A stretch of 64,000 nucleotides of DNA from IMG/VR virus record IMGVR_UViG_3300028883_000036, positions 1-64,000 of that record. One strand, written 5' to 3'. Positions 44,100 through 54,904 of the stretch are shown here, one piece after another. The first letter of the stretch is position 1. Each line of letters starts with the position of its first letter. A model generated the notes under the pieces. It made no database searches. It saw only the letters and a list, made by a program, of their open reading frames with translations, and was not told the DNA's origin. The stretch comes from a virus. Both the position numbers and the translations under genes were made by a program.

Positions 44100-44751
44100 A
44101 AAGTTTATTCTCTCTTATTTTCATTCCATATTTAAATTTATCTCTTATACTCTCAAGATTGCTTCTTTCACTTGGATTAGGCTTTAATATATTATTATTG
44201 ATTTTATCAGTTTCTATTTTCATCAAAAAACCTAAATAAATTCCATATTCACAATGTTCTAAAATTCTATTAAAAATTTTATCATCTATATCAATCAATT
44301 TAAGAAGATTTAAAATTTCTTTATAATAAGGTCTTATATCATATTCATTAAATTCCAATGGTTTTTTGGATAATATATATTCTTCAGTCTTATTCATACA
44401 TTCATCTTTTTCTTCTATAGATATTTCTTCAAAATAATCTGGAAAAATAGATTTATCACTATTTCTGTTTTTCTTTATTGCTCTTATTATATTTTGATTA
44501 ACAAATAAAATATCATCCAATAATATATTAGATGCTATATCTAATTTTTTAATATCTTCTTTTTTAATATCATATATAAATCTACATATATAAATTCTAA
44601 GAATAAGAATTCTCAAAACTGGACAAATATGAAGTGCTGTTGTATCACTCCCATAATTTTTCTTCTTTTTAATTAAATCTCTCTCATGAGTTTTAAGAAA
44701 ATGTTCCAACCATTCATCATCAAATTTACTTTTTATTTTTTTTTCATCCAT
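44071..44751 (-). CDS. hypothetical protein
   Basis: 226 aa ORF in operon. Confidence 0.6.
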   Translation of the reverse strand: MDEKKIKSKFDDEWLEHFLKTHERDLIKKKKNYGSDTTALHICPVLRILILRIYICRFIYDIKKEDIKKLDIASNILLDDILFVNQNIIRAIKKNRNSDKSIFPDYFEEISIEEKDECMNKTEEYILSKKPLEFNEYDIRPYYKEILNLLKLIDIDDKIFNRILEHCEYGIYLGFLMKIETDKINNNILKPNPSERSNLESIRDKFKYGMKIRENKLYEYFNNRAS

Positions 44752-45652
44752 ATGTCTTATTAGCCCTTTTCTTTTTTCTTCTTTTTATTTCATTTTCAAT
44801 TATAAGTTTTGAATTTCTACCTTCAATTTTTGGTACATGTTCAAATGGTATCCAAGGTGCAAGATGCATAATATTAGTTTCTTGACATATCCCTTCTTTT
44901 CCTGGTTTTCCATTTTCTATTCTCCATTCTTCCATTCTTGCATTTTCTCCAATATGTCTTACCCACCTATATTCACCATGCCCCCCATAAAAATATGCCC
45001 CCATATTTTTTCTTAAATATTCAACATCCTTTTTTTTATCAGGAGTTCTTATAGTATTTGTCATTCTTGCAGGAGCAGTTCTTTTATTTTTATTTTTCAT
45101 TGCTTTTAAACAAATAGGTATTGAAAAACTTGATCTCCAAATAGCAGGTATAAAAGACCATGTTGAATACTGACTTAAAGTTATTCCAGAATCTATTTCA
45201 GGAAATTTAAATTCAGTTAATTTTATATTTGATTTATATTTAGGAATTCTATGTTTAGCAAAAACTATAAGATTTATATCATCTACATTTTCCATTAATC
45301 TTAAAATTCTATCTATTTCAATAGGTCTTTCAAAAATCCAATCATCTTGTAAATTAAAAAAGAAAGGTGTTTTTACCAAATTTAAAGTATAACTTGTTGT
45401 TCCTATTAAACCTAGTGGTGGATTATGATAGTGTATATTTTCTGGTTTAAATATATCTTTTTGATTTTCAGCCCATTTTATTACTTTTTCACTTTCTTTA
45501 GGAATTACAAAATCCTCATGTAATATAAATCTATAATCTCCATAAAAATGAGCAAATTTTAAAAAATGGTCTATTGTATATTTTAATTGTTCCAATCTAC
45601 TTGAAGCAATAACCAAAATATCCATTTTTCTTTTTTCTAATGTATATTCCAT
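44744..45652 (-). CDS. GT2-like glycosyltransferase
   Basis: SSR...L..T, LHED, LQDDW, HIGE. Confidence 0.7.
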   Translation of the reverse strand: MEYTLEKRKMDILVIASSRLEQLKYTIDHFLKFAHFYGDYRFILHEDFVIPKESEKVIKWAENQKDIFKPENIHYHNPPLGLIGTTSYTLNLVKTPFFFNLQDDWIFERPIEIDRILRLMENVDDINLIVFAKHRIPKYKSNIKLTEFKFPEIDSGITLSQYSTWSFIPAIWRSSFSIPICLKAMKNKNKRTAPARMTNTIRTPDKKKDVEYLRKNMGAYFYGGHGEYRWVRHIGENARMEEWRIENGKPGKEGICQETNIMHLAPWIPFEHVPKIEGRNSKLIIENEIKRRKKKRANKTYG

Positions 45653-45658
45653 ATTTCA

Positions 45659-46657
45659 TTATTTACCCTTTTTCTTATTTTTTCTTTCTATAATGTCTTG
45701 CATTATTTTGATAGAATTTCTTCCTTTAATTTTTGGAATATGTTCAAATGGTATCCATCTTGCCATATTACTTATAGCAGGATTTTCTTGAGGATTATTT
45801 TCAGTTCCAGGTTTACCGTTATTCATTCTCCAATTTTCCATTCTTGCATTTTCTCCAATATGTCTACAATATCTTGGTTCTCCCCATTGACCCCAAAAGA
45901 AAACACCCATATTTTGATATAAAAAATCCATATCATCTTTTTTATCAGCATTTCTTAAATTGAATGTTATTTTAGCAGGAGCAGTTTTTTTCATACAAGT
46001 TCTTTGATTATTTGCTCTCATTGCATCTATAATAACAGGTTTAATAAAATTTGTTCTCCATAATCCAGGCATTAATTCCCATGTATTATTTAATGTCAAA
46101 TATTGAGGAAATTGAGGAAAATAATATTCTCTAAAAAAAACAGTTTTCCTTGCATGTGGAATAGATAATTTATAAAATAATATATTATTTACTTTTGAAA
46201 CATGTTCCATTATATACATAGCTTTATCTAATTCAATTGGTCTTTCAAATACCCAATCATCCTGCATATATAAAACAAAAGGAGATTTTGCACGTTTCAT
46301 TAAATTGACTAATGCTTGTTCCAAACCTACTGGTGGATTGTTGCAAATTATATCTTCTTTTTTAAAATACCCACTATTTTCAGCCCACTTAACTAATTTT
46401 TCACTTTCTTTAGGAATTACAAAATCCTCATGTAATATAAATCTAAAATTTCCATGAAAACAAAGATATGTTTCTAAATAATGCATAGTCAATTTTAATA
46501 GTTCTGGTCTAGAAGATGAAGTAATAATTACATCACAATCTCTTATAGTATTCCAATCAGTAAGTTTTAAATTATCCATTGTTTTTCTATTTGCAGGTTT
46601 TCCTGAAATATTTTTTCTTCTTTCTCTAGGCATCCAATCTTTCATTTTACCCCCCAT
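45659..46657 (-). CDS. GT2-like glycosyltransferase (paralog)
   Basis: SSRPELL, LHED, MQDDW, HIGE. Confidence 0.7.
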   Translation of the reverse strand: MGGKMKDWMPRERRKNISGKPANRKTMDNLKLTDWNTIRDCDVIITSSSRPELLKLTMHYLETYLCFHGNFRFILHEDFVIPKESEKLVKWAENSGYFKKEDIICNNPPVGLEQALVNLMKRAKSPFVLYMQDDWVFERPIELDKAMYIMEHVSKVNNILFYKLSIPHARKTVFFREYYFPQFPQYLTLNNTWELMPGLWRTNFIKPVIIDAMRANNQRTCMKKTAPAKITFNLRNADKKDDMDFLYQNMGVFFWGQWGEPRYCRHIGENARMENWRMNNGKPGTENNPQENPAISNMARWIPFEHIPKIKGRNSIKIMQDIIERKNKKKGK

Positions 46658-47247
46658 ATTTCTCTTATTATTTGAAAAGTTTCTGCATATTCATTTCCTA
46701 TTTGTTGACCTCTAAAACAATTTAATTTTAAAGAAGTTTCTATATCTTGTTTTTTTAAATAAGGAACATATCTATTCAAACATTCTACTTTTTCTTCTAT
46801 ATCATCAAATACAATATATCTATTAGGATTAAAATCTGTAATAAGATATGATATATTAAATGGATGTTCAGCTATTAATATAGAAGATTCATTATTTCTT
46901 CTTAATGCAGAAATACAAGCCTTATTTGCTATATAATGATCTTGATGAAAAGATAAGGATGGTATTATTATTTCATCATATCCATTTATTTTATCATCAT
47001 AATAAGAAACTATATCTTTCATTTTAAGAGTATCCATTATAGAATCATATCCCATAAAAGCTATATCATAAGTAAATTTCATTTCCTTTGATAAATCATT
47101 TACTAAATACATTCTATCATCATTATCATTTATTGCTTGATATATTATATGAAGTGATATTTTTTGTTTTTTGGAAAGTAGAAGATATGTCCAAGATGAT
47201 AATATTTCATCATCAGCATGTGGGGATACAATTAAAACTTTTTTCAT
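46642..47247 (-). CDS. PIG-L/LmbE-family N-deacetylase
   Basis: SPHADDE, HQDH, YAETF. Confidence 0.85.
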   Translation of the reverse strand: MKKVLIVSPHADDEILSSWTYLLLSKKQKISLHIIYQAINDNDDRMYLVNDLSKEMKFTYDIAFMGYDSIMDTLKMKDIVSYYDDKINGYDEIIIPSLSFHQDHYIANKACISALRRNNESSILIAEHPFNISYLITDFNPNRYIVFDDIEEKVECLNRYVPYLKKQDIETSLKLNCFRGQQIGNEYAETFQIIREIWGVK

Positions 47248-47840
47248 AACAAAATTTTATCTATAACAGATAATGGTTCAGGTTCACTATATTTTTGAAA
47301 AATTACTTTAAATGGATATTTATCTAAATCCATGTAATTTTTTCCACCAGCACCAGCAATATAGATTTCTCCTTTCAATTTTTTTACTATTTCTATAATT
47401 CTATCATCTGGATTTTCAGCATTAATATCTATTTCAGACGCTTTAACAAAAATAGAATTAAATCCTAAAATATTAGCTATAATTTTTGATAATTCACAAT
47501 TTAATTCTAATAATTTTTTATGTTCCTTTTCTAGTACTTTTTTTATACGTTTCCAGTTACTATTATTTTTACATTTATAGTTCTGTTCTATAGTATTTAT
47601 ATGTTTTTTTACCCATTTATTACCATTAATCTCTATATCTAAAATTTTTTGTCCTAATTTATGTCTTACTGGAACAGTCAACCATTTTATTCCTTGATTT
47701 GTTCTTATCTTATTTCTATTCTGCCATCCATTTTTTTCATACTGAACATTATCAAGAAACACAAATATATCAGATTTGTCTATCTTATCGAAATATCCAC
47801 CCCAAGGAAGATATTGTGGTTGATGTATTGAAATTATCAT
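47244..47840 (-). CDS. WbqC-like protein
   Basis: IHQPQYLPW.GYF.KI..SD.FVFLD.VQY...WQNRNKI. Confidence 0.9.
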   Translation of the reverse strand: MIISIHQPQYLPWGGYFDKIDKSDIFVFLDNVQYEKNGWQNRNKIRTNQGIKWLTVPVRHKLGQKILDIEINGNKWVKKHINTIEQNYKCKNNSNWKRIKKVLEKEHKKLLELNCELSKIIANILGFNSIFVKASEIDINAENPDDRIIEIVKKLKGEIYIAGAGGKNYMDLDKYPFKVIFQKYSEPEPLSVIDKILL

Positions 47841-48388
47841 TTTTCTAAAATCGTAAGTCCATTGTTGTTTTTATAATGTTTTTTTATTTTCCATTCAGTA
47901 GAAGAAACAAATTCATTAACTGCTTGCATAAGTCCTGGTTCAGATTTGTCTTCTCCAATATTACCATATGTTTCCGTATCATGTAAAATAATATATTTTT
48001 TTACTTTATTATTAAATAATTCTAATTCTTTTTTTAATTGCTTATATACATGAAAAGTATCAATAAATAAAATATCAGTTTCATCTATATCAATAGTTAA
48101 AACATCAGCTTGTATAAATTTAAAATCAATATTATTTTTATCTGCCCATTCTTTAAAAATAGGTAAATAAATTTTAAGTCTAGGCAAAATTTTTATATCA
48201 TAACAAGTAAATTTCTTAGGACAACTCAATAACCATGCAGTAGTTGATTCACCCCATCTAACACCAAATTCTGTAACAGTTAATCCCTTACCATATTTTA
48301 TAAGAGTAGGTAAATGTTCTCTTATATCTGAATTATTCTTTCCTAAAAATTGATTATATAATTTTTTAATATTCATATCCATACCCAT
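47837..48388 (-). CDS. SAM methyltransferase (Methyltransf_24-like)
   Basis: EFGVRWGEST, FIDTFH.Y, ILHDT, NNGLTIL. Confidence 0.8.
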   Translation of the reverse strand: MGMDMNIKKLYNQFLGKNNSDIREHLPTLIKYGKGLTVTEFGVRWGESTTAWLLSCPKKFTCYDIKILPRLKIYLPIFKEWADKNNIDFKFIQADVLTIDIDETDILFIDTFHVYKQLKKELELFNNKVKKYIILHDTETYGNIGEDKSEPGLMQAVNEFVSSTEWKIKKHYKNNNGLTILEK

Positions 48389-48433
48389 ATCCTCTAAAAA
48401 TTTTAGAATTTTTAATTATTCTATTTACTCTAT

Positions 48434-48982
48434 CTATACAACTGTTTTCCCATTTAATTTGATATCTTCTTTCTGGCTTACATGTTTTTTTATAAACCCC
48501 TTCATATTCTTACTACATAAAAGTTCTATATTTTTTTCAATTTTATTCTTGCTCCAATTCCACCATTTTATTTTTAACAATTTATCTATTATATCTTCAT
48601 CAAATCGTTTTTTTATTAATTTTGCTGGATTCCCACCTACTATGGAATATGGTTCAATATCTTTTGTTACTACCGTTTTTGCAGCTATTACAGAACCATC
48701 ACTTATCTTAACTCCACCCATTATTGTTACACCATGCCCTATCCATACATCATTTCCAATTATAACATCACCCATACTTTTAGGATGCCCTTTAGGAAAA
48801 TTATTACAATTCTTCCAAGATTTTTTAAATTCAGAAAATGGGTAAGTAGTTATCCAATTATAATTATGGCCTATATTTACAACTTGTATATCAGCTATTG
48901 AACAAAATTTTCCAATTATTATTTTTCCTGCACCATCTTCATTTATTTTTACAGCATATGAATATTCACCCATTTTAATCAT
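48434..48982 (-). CDS. CatB/Vat-like hexapeptide acetyltransferase (paralog)
   Basis: IGKFCSIA, TTYPF, IGNDVWIG, GGNPAK. Confidence 0.9.
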   Translation of the reverse strand: MIKMGEYSYAVKINEDGAGKIIIGKFCSIADIQVVNIGHNYNWITTYPFSEFKKSWKNCNNFPKGHPKSMGDVIIGNDVWIGHGVTIMGGVKISDGSVIAAKTVVTKDIEPYSIVGGNPAKLIKKRFDEDIIDKLLKIKWWNWSKNKIEKNIELLCSKNMKGFIKKHVSQKEDIKLNGKTVV

Positions 48983-49737
48983 AATATTCTCCTTTTTACT
49001 AATTCATTTAGAAATATTTCTTTAAATGTAGTCTTCATAATAGATTCTTTAATATACATTCCAAATTCTTTTCTTTTTTTGTTATCTCTCCATTCATCTA
49101 TAACATCTAAAAAATTGTCTTGTGTATATTCTATTATATAAGGAGAATGAAATCCATATCCAATAGTTTTTTCTTGAAACATAACCTTACCCTTACAAAA
49201 AATTAATGCCCCCCTTAAAGGTGTATATTTCCATGAATTACTATTTAGTATATTAATATTAAATTTAGTTCTTTTAATTATTTTGTCTCTTTCTTCACCA
49301 AAAATCTTAAAATTATCAATGTTATATTTTTTTAATATATTCTTCCTTCTATTTTTAACATCAGTAACTCCACCACAAAAAAAGAAATTAATATCTTCTT
49401 CTAATTCATCACCAAAATAATCAAAATATTTAGAATATCCTATAGGTAAATATATATTATTATTTTCGAAAAAATCTAAAACTAAATCATATGAATCAGA
49501 CCATACACTTGGTTGTTCTGTTTGAACAAGAATATTATATCCTCTTGATAATTTATCATATGCAAATCTTCCATGAACAATAATATTAATATTATTAGAT
49601 AATGGTAATCTCTTTGTTTTTAATGCTACCCAATGTGTTTCATATTCACATATTTCTGCTATACTATCTTCTATTGATTTTACTAATTCAATAAAAGTTT
49701 TTCTTCCTCCTGTGCATATTATGTTTACTTTTTTCAT
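48979..49737 (-). CDS. putative glycosyltransferase (CgeB-like C-term)
   Basis: TEQ, FFCG...RR, FGEERD..I.R.K..INI. Confidence 0.5.
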   Translation of the reverse strand: MKKVNIICTGGRKTFIELVKSIEDSIAEICEYETHWVALKTKRLPLSNNINIIVHGRFAYDKLSRGYNILVQTEQPSVWSDSYDLVLDFFENNNIYLPIGYSKYFDYFGDELEEDINFFFCGGVTDVKNRRKNILKKYNIDNFKIFGEERDKIIKRTKFNINILNSNSWKYTPLRGALIFCKGKVMFQEKTIGYGFHSPYIIEYTQDNFLDVIDEWRDNKKRKEFGMYIKESIMKTTFKEIFLNELVKRRIL

Positions 49738-49738
49738 A

Positions 49739-50323
49739 TTAATGATTTTTCTTAAATATTTCTACTGCTTCAATTATTTTATTCATTTTTTTATCTTTTT
49801 CCCATTTACCATGATCCCCTTCAAATGGATATTTTTTCTTATATTCATCTAATTTTTTACATATTCTAAACGCCATATGATAAGCATTTTTTAGTTTACT
49901 CATAAAAGGCTCTAATTCCTCACATTCAAAATATTTTGCTATTTTATATACTTCAGCATAATATTTTACTAATTCATATCTTTTATAATTATTATCTGGT
50001 TCTTTAAAAAAATTATCTTCAATTATAGGTTCATATTTATATTCAGGTAATTTCTTTACTTCTTCTAAAAATTCTTCGATATAATCTTTATCATTTTCAA
50101 AAAATTCTTTCTGATTATTGTATGTAGGATCATCAAGTTTCTTAAAATCTTCAAGTTTACTAGTAGCATATTTTCCAAGAGGATTACATAACTGTAAATT
50201 CAAATATATATTTTTTATAAGTTTTTTTTCATAGTCTGAAAATGTTCTTTTTTCTTCCCATTTTTTAAATTCTTTATATGTATAAACTAATGCAAGACAT
50301 ATATTATTATTTCTATTGTACAT
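49739..50323 (-). CDS. hypothetical protein
   Basis: ORF in operon. Confidence 0.6.
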   Translation of the reverse strand: MYNRNNNICLALVYTYKEFKKWEEKRTFSDYEKKLIKNIYLNLQLCNPLGKYATSKLEDFKKLDDPTYNNQKEFFENDKDYIEEFLEEVKKLPEYKYEPIIEDNFFKEPDNNYKRYELVKYYAEVYKIAKYFECEELEPFMSKLKNAYHMAFRICKKLDEYKKKYPFEGDHGKWEKDKKMNKIIEAVEIFKKNH

Positions 50324-51362
50324 TTAGAACCTCTTTGAATATTTTTCTTTCGCTTTCAGTTACCTTCTTCCAAGTCCAATTTTCTAATATGGTTTTTCTA
50401 GCATTCATACCCATTTCAAAACATTTTTGTTTATCATTTTTAAAATTCTGTATAAAATTTACAAATTTATTTATTTTAGTACCATTATCCTTATGTATAA
50501 TAAATCCATTGTAATTATTTTTTATAAATTCAGGCATATTACCTATATGATTTGATATAATTGGTTTTCCACATGCAGCAGCTTCTAGAGCAGGATTTGG
50601 TGTTCCATCAATTGTAGAAGCAACAATATAAAAATCAGCTTGATTATAAAATTCTCTCATTTTATTAGGAGAAAGAGCATTTGTATAATTTCTATCATTT
50701 ATAATAAGTTTCACACCTGCTTCTCTACATGCTGGTATAATAATATCCTTTAATCCCTTTTCTTTTATAGGTTTACCAACATATGCGGCAACCAATTGTT
50801 CATTATCTCTTTTTGGTTTGCTTGACATTGGATAAAATATATTTTCATCTACTCCTCTAGTAGCACAAAAAGTTTTTCCATTATAGTGTTTTTTTAAATC
50901 TTCTAATGATAATAAATTATTTGCCCCTATTGCTTCACATCCTTTTGAAAATTTATGAAAATTTGTTTTATTTTGAAATATAGGTTTTACAGTAGGAAAT
51001 CCAGTAACAATAGTTATTATTTTCACATTACCCATCAATCTTTTTACATTCTTTTTAACTAACATAGTATGAAAAAGAAGATATATAAGATCATATTTTT
51101 TTATATTCTGTTTTTGAGAATTAACATAGTTTCTAAATTTATTAAAAAGAAAAACTTCCTTATCATTGTTTATTTGTGTAAATTTTTTAACATCATTTAC
51201 TGTAAAAACATCACTTAGTTTTCTTTCAATCATATCAAATCCTTCATTATCTACTAAATCAAAATCAAATTCATTAGATAAATATTTTTTGATATATTGT
51301 CCACGGACCCATCCCCCCCATCCTTTAACATCTGAAACCAATAAAATCTTTTTTTTATTCAT
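50313..51362 (-). CDS. GT4 glycosyltransferase
   Basis: GVDENIF.P, KG, DGTPNPALEAAACGKPII...GNMPEFI. Confidence 0.88.
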   Translation of the reverse strand: MNKKKILLVSDVKGWGGWVRGQYIKKYLSNEFDFDLVDNEGFDMIERKLSDVFTVNDVKKFTQINNDKEVFLFNKFRNYVNSQKQNIKKYDLIYLLFHTMLVKKNVKRLMGNVKIITIVTGFPTVKPIFQNKTNFHKFSKGCEAIGANNLLSLEDLKKHYNGKTFCATRGVDENIFYPMSSKPKRDNEQLVAAYVGKPIKEKGLKDIIIPACREAGVKLIINDRNYTNALSPNKMREFYNQADFYIVASTIDGTPNPALEAAACGKPIISNHIGNMPEFIKNNYNGFIIHKDNGTKINKFVNFIQNFKNDKQKCFEMGMNARKTILENWTWKKVTESERKIFKEVLNVQ

Positions 51363-51624
51363 TAATATCCCTATATTTTACCCCGCCATTTACCATAGCT
51401 CTAACTAAAATAGTAGCCATTTTTCTTAAATCATGTAAACAAATTTCAGGAACATCAATATCTTTTTCATTATCATTTTCTTGATAATTTTTTCTAAATT
51501 TATTTAAATATTCTTCTAATAAAATTATTTCTCCCGTAACTGACAATTTTTTTGAATTAGGCCATTTTTTATCTTGATATTCTCTTTCTTCTGCTATTGC
51601 TTCTAATGCATGTTGTATATCCAT
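51355..51624 (-). CDS. MazG-like helical hypothetical protein
   Basis: I.EER.YQD.KW...EEY...LRK.A. Confidence 0.5.
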   Translation of the reverse strand: MDIQHALEAIAEEREYQDKKWPNSKKLSVTGEIILLEEYLNKFRKNYQENDNEKDIDVPEICLHDLRKMATILVRAMVNGGVKYRDINE

Positions 51625-51638
51625 TATATCTCCTTTTT

Positions 51639-52571
51639 TTACATTTGATTTAAAATTGTTAAAACATTTTTAATTCTAATTTTACTTGAATGCATTTGTT
51701 GTATATAATTAAATGCATTTTCTCTCATTTTAGAAGTATCTTTATTCTTCCATTCATTCCATAATTTTTTAACTTGATTTGGATTATTATAACTATTGAA
51801 AGGAACATATAAATCATCTGGAATAAAATCATCCATTCCATTGAACTTCCTCATAATCATAAATGCTCCTGTTCCAAGATATTGAAAAGGTCTAACATCC
51901 ATATAACCAGGAATTTCATAACCAACACATAAACCTAAAATACATTTAGCTGAAACACTTAATTCTGGTGTTCTTTTTCTTAAATCTTGTCCTGATTGAG
52001 TCTTAAATATTTTTATAGGCATTATTTTTTGAAGGGATTCTATGAATTCTGCTCTATTATCTGCCCATCCTTGTCTATGAGCACCAGGACTACCAGTAAA
52101 TACAGGTATATTAAAGGCCAAATCAGAAGCAGGAGCAGACATTTTATCATAAGTAATAGATGAGTATGGACAAAAGAAAACAGGTATTTTAAAAGCACTC
52201 TGACAGTTTTTAACCATTGGATATGATCCTACCAAAGCAAGATCAAATACCCCTCTTAAATCTCCCATATATCTATCATGGGTTCTAGCATCTGAGCATG
52301 TATGGATAATTTTTGTATCAATATTATTTTTTATATCTTTAAAAAATTGCAATACTGTATTTACTGGATGAATATGAGAATGAAAACTCAAATGAGTAAA
52401 TATAAAATCAGGATTATAATCTAATATTCTTTTTTTAATGATATTTAATGTATTTGATTTATAATCAATCTCAAGAACATCAACATTATTCAATTTTAAT
52501 CCTTGTTTAAATGTTAAAACAAACCAACTATATCCTAATTTGGTATTACCTAATATAACTGCTTTTTTCAT
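51639..52571 (-). CDS. CgeB-like glycosyltransferase
   Basis: FTGS...R, GYMDVRPFQYLGTGAF...HS...R. Confidence 0.7.
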   Translation of the reverse strand: MKKAVILGNTKLGYSWFVLTFKQGLKLNNVDVLEIDYKSNTLNIIKKRILDYNPDFIFTHLSFHSHIHPVNTVLQFFKDIKNNIDTKIIHTCSDARTHDRYMGDLRGVFDLALVGSYPMVKNCQSAFKIPVFFCPYSSITYDKMSAPASDLAFNIPVFTGSPGAHRQGWADNRAEFIESLQKIMPIKIFKTQSGQDLRKRTPELSVSAKCILGLCVGYEIPGYMDVRPFQYLGTGAFMIMRKFNGMDDFIPDDLYVPFNSYNNPNQVKKLWNEWKNKDTSKMRENAFNYIQQMHSSKIRIKNVLTILNQM

Positions 52572-52580
52572 ATTATTCTC

Positions 52581-52781
52581 CTAATCATTATACATATACA
52601 AAGAACAATCATCATTATCTCTTGGATCATATTCTTCCCAATCATTTGCATTTATCCATTCTTTAGGAACTCTACTAATAATTGATTCTGTATGATTTTT
52701 CCAAAATTTTACTTTTGGATAAGATGTTCTTCTTACAGCAGATCTAACATGACACCATTCAATAGCTTCATTTAATTTCAT
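52581..52781 (-). CDS. hypothetical protein
   Basis: AAGGA RBS; ANDWE. Confidence 0.55.
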   Translation of the reverse strand: MKLNEAIEWCHVRSAVRRTSYPKVKFWKNHTESIISRVPKEWINANDWEEYDPRDNDDCSLYMYND

Positions 52782-52791
52782 AAAATTTTCC

Positions 52792-54042
52792 TTATTTATT
52801 CATTCCAAATATAGATCTAAACATTTTTCTATAATTTTCAGATTGAATTTTCCAAGTCCATCCTTCTTCTATAGTTTTTCTTGCATTATTTCCCATTCTA
52901 ATTAATTCATTTCTATTCTGTTGAAAATATCTTATTTTATCAACATATGCTCCAATTTTTCTTGGAACAAGAAATCCATTATAACCATCTATAATAAATT
53001 CAGGCATATTACCTATATGATTTGATATAATCGGCCTACCACATGCAGCAGCTTCTAGAGCAGGATTTGGTGTTCCATCTTCAATTGATGCAACTACAAA
53101 ACAGTCCATTTGATTATATATTTGAGGCATTTGATCATGAGGTAATCTATCTTTCCAAGTTCTTAAATTGGTAATACTTTGAACATTAGCAGTTTTAATA
53201 GCAGGTATTATAAATTCTTTTTGTCCTTTTACTGGACATTCTTTTCCAACATGACCAACTACTAATTTACCATCTTCTTTAATAGGAGTAATGGGTTTAA
53301 AAAGTTCTTCATTTACTCCATTTGGTATATAATGAGCTTTTTCAAATCCCATATCTTGTAGCTCTTTTAATAACATTATACTATTTGCATGGTGATGCCC
53401 TGCCATTTTCATTTTTGGAAAAATTACATTTCTTCTTCTATGTGCTGTTATTCCTGTTATTTTTTTTCTTTTAGGAACTCTTGATAAAAAATTAATATAA
53501 GAAAATCCATATGTAAAATAAAGATCATATTTTTTTTGATTAATTTGACTAGTTTTTACACATCCTTCACCTAATACGCATGTTATATCAATATCAAATT
53601 CATCAGATAAATATTTTTTTAAATATTGAGATTTTATCCACCATGCCCATCCTTTAACATCTGAAATAAATAATATTTTAGGTTTTCTATTAGAGTCAAC
53701 TTTTATTGATTCTATTTTATTAAGTTCAGCTTTTTGTTGTTTATTAGGTTTAGCTTTTTGTTGTTTATTACCAACTCCTTTTCCTAATATTTTCTTATCT
53801 TTTAATTTTGGATTAACTTTAAATATTTCATCTAGTTTTTTCTTTATAAGATTTTTTTGATGCATTGCTTTATTAGTTGTTGCTTTTGCCTCTTGATTTT
53901 TTATTTTATTTATTTCTCTTTTTAAAGAACTTAATTTCACCTCATTCATTTTATGGATATTTTTTATATCTTCATCACTATATTTAAAATATTTCTGAAC
54001 ATCTTCTATCAATTGTCTAAGTTCTATATTATTCATAAGCAC
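52792..54042 (-). CDS. GT4 glycosyltransferase with Lys-rich N-terminal extension
   Basis: IPNGVN, KG, EDGTPNPALEAAACGRPII. Confidence 0.88.
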   Translation of the reverse strand: MLMNNIELRQLIEDVQKYFKYSDEDIKNIHKMNEVKLSSLKREINKIKNQEAKATTNKAMHQKNLIKKKLDEIFKVNPKLKDKKILGKGVGNKQQKAKPNKQQKAELNKIESIKVDSNRKPKILFISDVKGWAWWIKSQYLKKYLSDEFDIDITCVLGEGCVKTSQINQKKYDLYFTYGFSYINFLSRVPKRKKITGITAHRRRNVIFPKMKMAGHHHANSIMLLKELQDMGFEKAHYIPNGVNEELFKPITPIKEDGKLVVGHVGKECPVKGQKEFIIPAIKTANVQSITNLRTWKDRLPHDQMPQIYNQMDCFVVASIEDGTPNPALEAAACGRPIISNHIGNMPEFIIDGYNGFLVPRKIGAYVDKIRYFQQNRNELIRMGNNARKTIEEGWTWKIQSENYRKMFRSIFGMNK

Positions 54043-54902
54043 TCTCTTATAATATTAATTGCATAATCTATTGTAAATTCAGGCCATTCTTTTTCTATTT
54101 TATCAAATATTTCTTCTATAACAACATTTTTAACTTTTGACATAGTTGATACAAAATAATCTAATTCTTTTATATCTTTAATTAATAATCCATTAAACAT
54201 AGAATGAAAATATTTATGTTCTATAGGAAGTAAAGGTAAACATCCCATATTCATAGCATATAAATATTCTGGATTCAAGTAACCAATTTTATATGCTTTG
54301 TCTGTATCAAAAGCAACAGTAGTATTACCTTTATCATATATAGGATATCTATTATTTAAAAAAATAAGATTATCTTTTCTATATTCTTCTTTCTTAAAAT
54401 CAGATATAAACATTGTATCATATGCCACTTTTTTATCATGAAATACTCTTGAATAATTTTGTATCCATTTTTCAAATCCTTTGATTTGATATTCTAATTT
54501 ATAATAGGAGTATACTAAATCAAATTTTCTATGTTCATGATCAACTATAATTTTAGTATCATCTATCCATTCAGGAAGATATTTAAATCCAAATCTTTCT
54601 GAATTAATAGCAGGTTCAAATAAAAAAGTATTAAATTTACTACACCAATTTACTTCTTTTTCTGTCAATGAAAATGATCTATCAAATATAACAATAGGTA
54701 TATCTGATTTTATATAAGTCTGTAATAAGGATGCTTGCTTTAACCAAGCACCCTCATGTTCAGATATTTTAGAAACCCAATCAATAAATAAACCATCAAT
54801 ATCTATTGGATTTTTTGGATCAAAATCATCAATTAAAATAAAAGGTAAACCTAACTTTTGTTTAAATTTTGTAGTTAATTTATTTGATAAAATTCCTATC
54901 AT
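54033..54902 (-). CDS. hypothetical protein (possibly GT-B-related)
   Basis: AMNMGCLPL motif; context. Confidence 0.5.
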   Translation of the reverse strand: MIGILSNKLTTKFKQKLGLPFILIDDFDPKNPIDIDGLFIDWVSKISEHEGAWLKQASLLQTYIKSDIPIVIFDRSFSLTEKEVNWCSKFNTFLFEPAINSERFGFKYLPEWIDDTKIIVDHEHRKFDLVYSYYKLEYQIKGFEKWIQNYSRVFHDKKVAYDTMFISDFKKEEYRKDNLIFLNNRYPIYDKGNTTVAFDTDKAYKIGYLNPEYLYAMNMGCLPLLPIEHKYFHSMFNGLLIKDIKELDYFVSTMSKVKNVVIEEIFDKIEKEWPEFTIDYAINIIRECL

Positions 54903-54904
54903 AA

